A stretch of DNA of 63,139 nucleotides, filler included. It is 6 parts of 6 records of this genome, joined end to end, with 100 filler letters (N's around TTAATTAATTAA, not from the genome) between each part and the next. Parts side by side here need not be neighbours in the genome. Positions count along the whole stretch, not along the records: positions 53,370 to 63,139 come from DRR723986_15927; 5 more parts are not named here. One strand, written 5' to 3'. Shown here piece by piece: positions 61,028 to 63,139 of this stretch. The first letter of the stretch is position 1. Each line of letters begins with the position of its first letter. Under the pieces are notes generated by a model. It was given only the letters and a program-made list of their open reading frames with translations. It ran no database searches and had not been told where the DNA came from. Position numbers and translations under genes: made by a program.

Positions 61028-61249
61028 ATGTTTGCATTTCTCGGTCCAGTCGGCCCTACCGAACTTATCATCATCCTCGTCATCATCATGGTGCTGTTTG
61101 GCGCCAAGAAGATTCCCGACCTGATGAAAGGCATTGGCTCAGGCATGAAGGAATTCAAGAAAGCGTCTGAAGGCCTTGATGACAATGACAGCAAGAGTGA
61201 CAACAAAAAAGACTCGAACAAAGACAACAAGAGCGAGCTCTCAAGCTAA
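61028..61249 (+). CDS. tatA: Twin-arginine translocase TatA/E
   Basis: GPTELIII...[23 protein letters not shown]. Confidence 0.93.
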   Translation: MFAFLGPVGPTELIIILVIIMVLFGAKKIPDLMKGIGSGMKEFKKASEGLDDNDSKSDNKKDSNKDNKSELSS

Positions 61250-61325
61250 GAGCGTCGCGTAATTCACGCGATTAGTTTGCCTGGAGAAAATCGTTCGATC
61301 ATCGCAGAATAGCGGAGGTAGAGTT

Positions 61326-62036
61326 GTGTTTGACGTCGGCGGCGGCGAATTTCTGTTGATTATTGTTGCTATCGTTGTGCTCTTCGGGCCAAAAAAAATC
61401 CCGGAAATGATGCGCACCGTAGGCAAAGGCATTTCGTATTTACGGCGTGCCCAGTCGGAATTTGAACGCAATATTCACGGAATCAAGTCGGAAGTTGACG
61501 CCGTTGTTGACCCGCTCAAGTCGATGACATCCAAGGCCGCAAGCGCCGGCAAAAGTGACAATCCACCAGTCGCACCCAAAGAAACAGTTGCTCCAGCCGA
61601 AGAGTCAACACTTCCCGCCGAACCACCCGAAACGATTGACACGTCCGGCATACGCCCAGAGATGCCTGAGATTGCGGAGACGCCGCACCATGCAGCCGAC
61701 GCACCGGTTTCCGGCGCAGCCGATACTCCCGACAAAACTCCAGACCACACACACGCGCAGAATGGCAGCGGCCAGGCTAAGCGTCAAAGCGTTTCGCAGG
61801 CCGGCAGCGAAAAGACTGGCGCTGCAGAATCTGAAGCTGCAGGCGCACCGGACACACAGGCTGCCGACTCCAGGAGCAATGGATTTAGCGCGCCGCGCCC
61901 GGCCGACGGGATTGTGGACCGACGCGCAGGTGCTGCCGACGAAAAAGACTTAAACTCTCAAGGCAATGCGGCTGCGGACTCAGATGTTAACAAAGAGAAA
62001 AACAAAGAGCGCCGCAAATCTGACAAGCAAAGTTAA
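61326..62036 (+). CDS. tatB: Twin-arginine translocase TatB with a long disordered tail
   Basis: MFDVGGGEFLLI...FGPKKIPE; GGAGG SD and GTG start. Confidence 0.85.
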   Translation: MFDVGGGEFLLIIVAIVVLFGPKKIPEMMRTVGKGISYLRRAQSEFERNIHGIKSEVDAVVDPLKSMTSKAASAGKSDNPPVAPKETVAPAEESTLPAEPPETIDTSGIRPEMPEIAETPHHAADAPVSGAADTPDKTPDHTHAQNGSGQAKRQSVSQAGSEKTGAAESEAAGAPDTQAADSRSNGFSAPRPADGIVDRRAGAADEKDLNSQGNAAADSDVNKEKNKERRKSDKQS

Positions 62037-62120
62037 ACCGCACTTAAACATTGCCAACACTCCATGCGGCATGCGTGAATTGGCGACACTTAAACCGAGC
62101 CTACCTTTTTAGAAGACGCG

Positions 62121-62975
62121 CTATTTCTTATAAGCAAAGAACTGTTCCGAGACATGGCTTATCCCAAAATACATGTCCTTATCAGCCACATCGCTGTGCT
62201 GGATGCGAACCTTTGTTATCTGCATTTTAACCCCAGCGGGATTGTCGAGAATTGTGGCAAAAACTTCAGCCGGCACGGTATAAGTTAAAGTCCCTTTGTT
62301 TAACAGAACACTATAGGCTTTTGAAACCTGCTCATAGTAGAGGTCTATTAAATAGTAGTAGTCGCCTGTAGGGTCGGGATCGTGCAGCTCAATGGTCAGG
62401 CTGGCATCCTGGTCTATTTCCTGGCCTTTAACAGGCAGCTGCGTAGAAATTGGCTCCACTGTTCGAACTGCAATGTCAAATGCCGGCACTTCGCCCATGC
62501 CATTACTCACAAATGAATGCAGCCTTACACCATCACTTATAAAACGTGAGTTGCCGGTCAGCGCACTCGCGTCCATCACTCCAAACGTCCATCCATTAAC
62601 ATTTCGAGCATCTACTGGGCTGACATCATTGATCGTGAGGCCGCTGATATCGCGATCCTGATTGCGAAACCTAGCGACGGCCGAGAAATATTCGTCTGCG
62701 CCTCCTACGGTAGTAGATCCCTCCGGCAACTCAATGTGTGAAGTGATTAAAAGACCGTCCAAATCCTGCAGAACCGCAGGCCAGCCTGGTATTTCGGTAC
62801 TTTCTTCAAGTATCGGCCCCTCTCCGGCCAGCGGAGATGCTGGTGGATCTTCAGGCGGAAATAGTGGTGAATCTTCGGACAGATCATCGTCACTACAGGC
62901 TACGCTAAAAGCCAACAATGCGCTAAATAACAGCATGCGAGCGCCGCTACGGCGCAGGAAATTTTGGTTTAGCAT
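62121..62975 (-). CDS. Hypothetical lipoprotein
   Basis: Lipobox FSVA-C followed by SDDD; beta-rich body. Confidence 0.7.
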   Translation of the reverse strand: MLNQNFLRRSGARMLLFSALLAFSVACSDDDLSEDSPLFPPEDPPASPLAGEGPILEESTEIPGWPAVLQDLDGLLITSHIELPEGSTTVGGADEYFSAVARFRNQDRDISGLTINDVSPVDARNVNGWTFGVMDASALTGNSRFISDGVRLHSFVSNGMGEVPAFDIAVRTVEPISTQLPVKGQEIDQDASLTIELHDPDPTGDYYYLIDLYYEQVSKAYSVLLNKGTLTYTVPAEVFATILDNPAGVKMQITKVRIQHSDVADKDMYFGISHVSEQFFAYKK

Positions 62976-63109
62976 AAGTTCTCCAATCAGGCCAAATAAA
63001 GCTGATGGCAACACAAATATTCCAGCGGAGGGGCAATCGGGAACAGAAACGTTAAATATACAGCTTACTGAGTCAGGGGGCAACAACTCCCTGCGCTCTT
63101 CCGGTAATG

Positions 63110-63139
63110 TTTAACATGAGATATTTAACATGAGATATT
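63110..63139. repeat. 14-bp tandem repeat at the window end
   Basis: TTTAACATGAGATA x2 plus TT. Confidence 0.7.

Noticed and set aside
62121..62975. Lipoprotein as a dedicated Tat substrate next to tatA-tatB
   Set aside because: FLRRSG does not fit the S/T-R-R-x-F-L consensus, and the gene is convergent rather than co-transcribed.

Overview
This window is not one locus. It is six separate contigs joined by artificial 100-nt linkers (44 N + TTAATTAATTAA + 44 N), so synteny across linkers is meaningless. Taxonomic labels are inferred from gene content and protein style. (1) 1-12069, Planctomycete (Pirellulaceae-like): REP-like cluster, rpmI-rplT-pheS-pheT, Tat-signal sugar-phosphate isomerase, nucleoside hydrolase, a SufS-SufE fusion, RbsD/FucU, ribD, and a tRNA 3' half. 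(2) 12170-27876, Planctomycete: acidic repeat protein, degenerate site-2 protease, beta-propellers, DUF1592 cytochrome, arylsulfatase, ThuA/PVC-type heme protein and a MITE-like hairpin. (3) 27977-37486, Rhodobacteraceae-like: queuosine-precursor transporter, phytase-like esterase, mepA, MFS, thioesterase, yggT, recQ, yaaA and a hybrid kinase. (4) 37587-48167, FCB-group-like: DnaJ/CbpA, M42 peptidase, TamB, biotin carrier, hypotheticals, tRNA-Gly. (5) 48268-53269, Marinobacter-like: cytochrome b, SBP, DJ-1/PfpI, benE, benK-like. (6) 53370-63139, FCB-group-like: rsfS, LytR_C, gyrB, DciA, recF, dnaN, psd, pssA, tatA, tatB, lipoprotein. I saw no CRISPR array, integrase, transposase or defence island. 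The best candidates for undescribed biology are non-coding: a switch-like leader upstream of the queuosine-precursor transporter, a structured leader before rplT, a 16-nt perfect anti-16S ribosome-binding site, and two long hairpin elements. The SufS-SufE fusion and a catalytically eroded site-2 protease are the most notable proteins.
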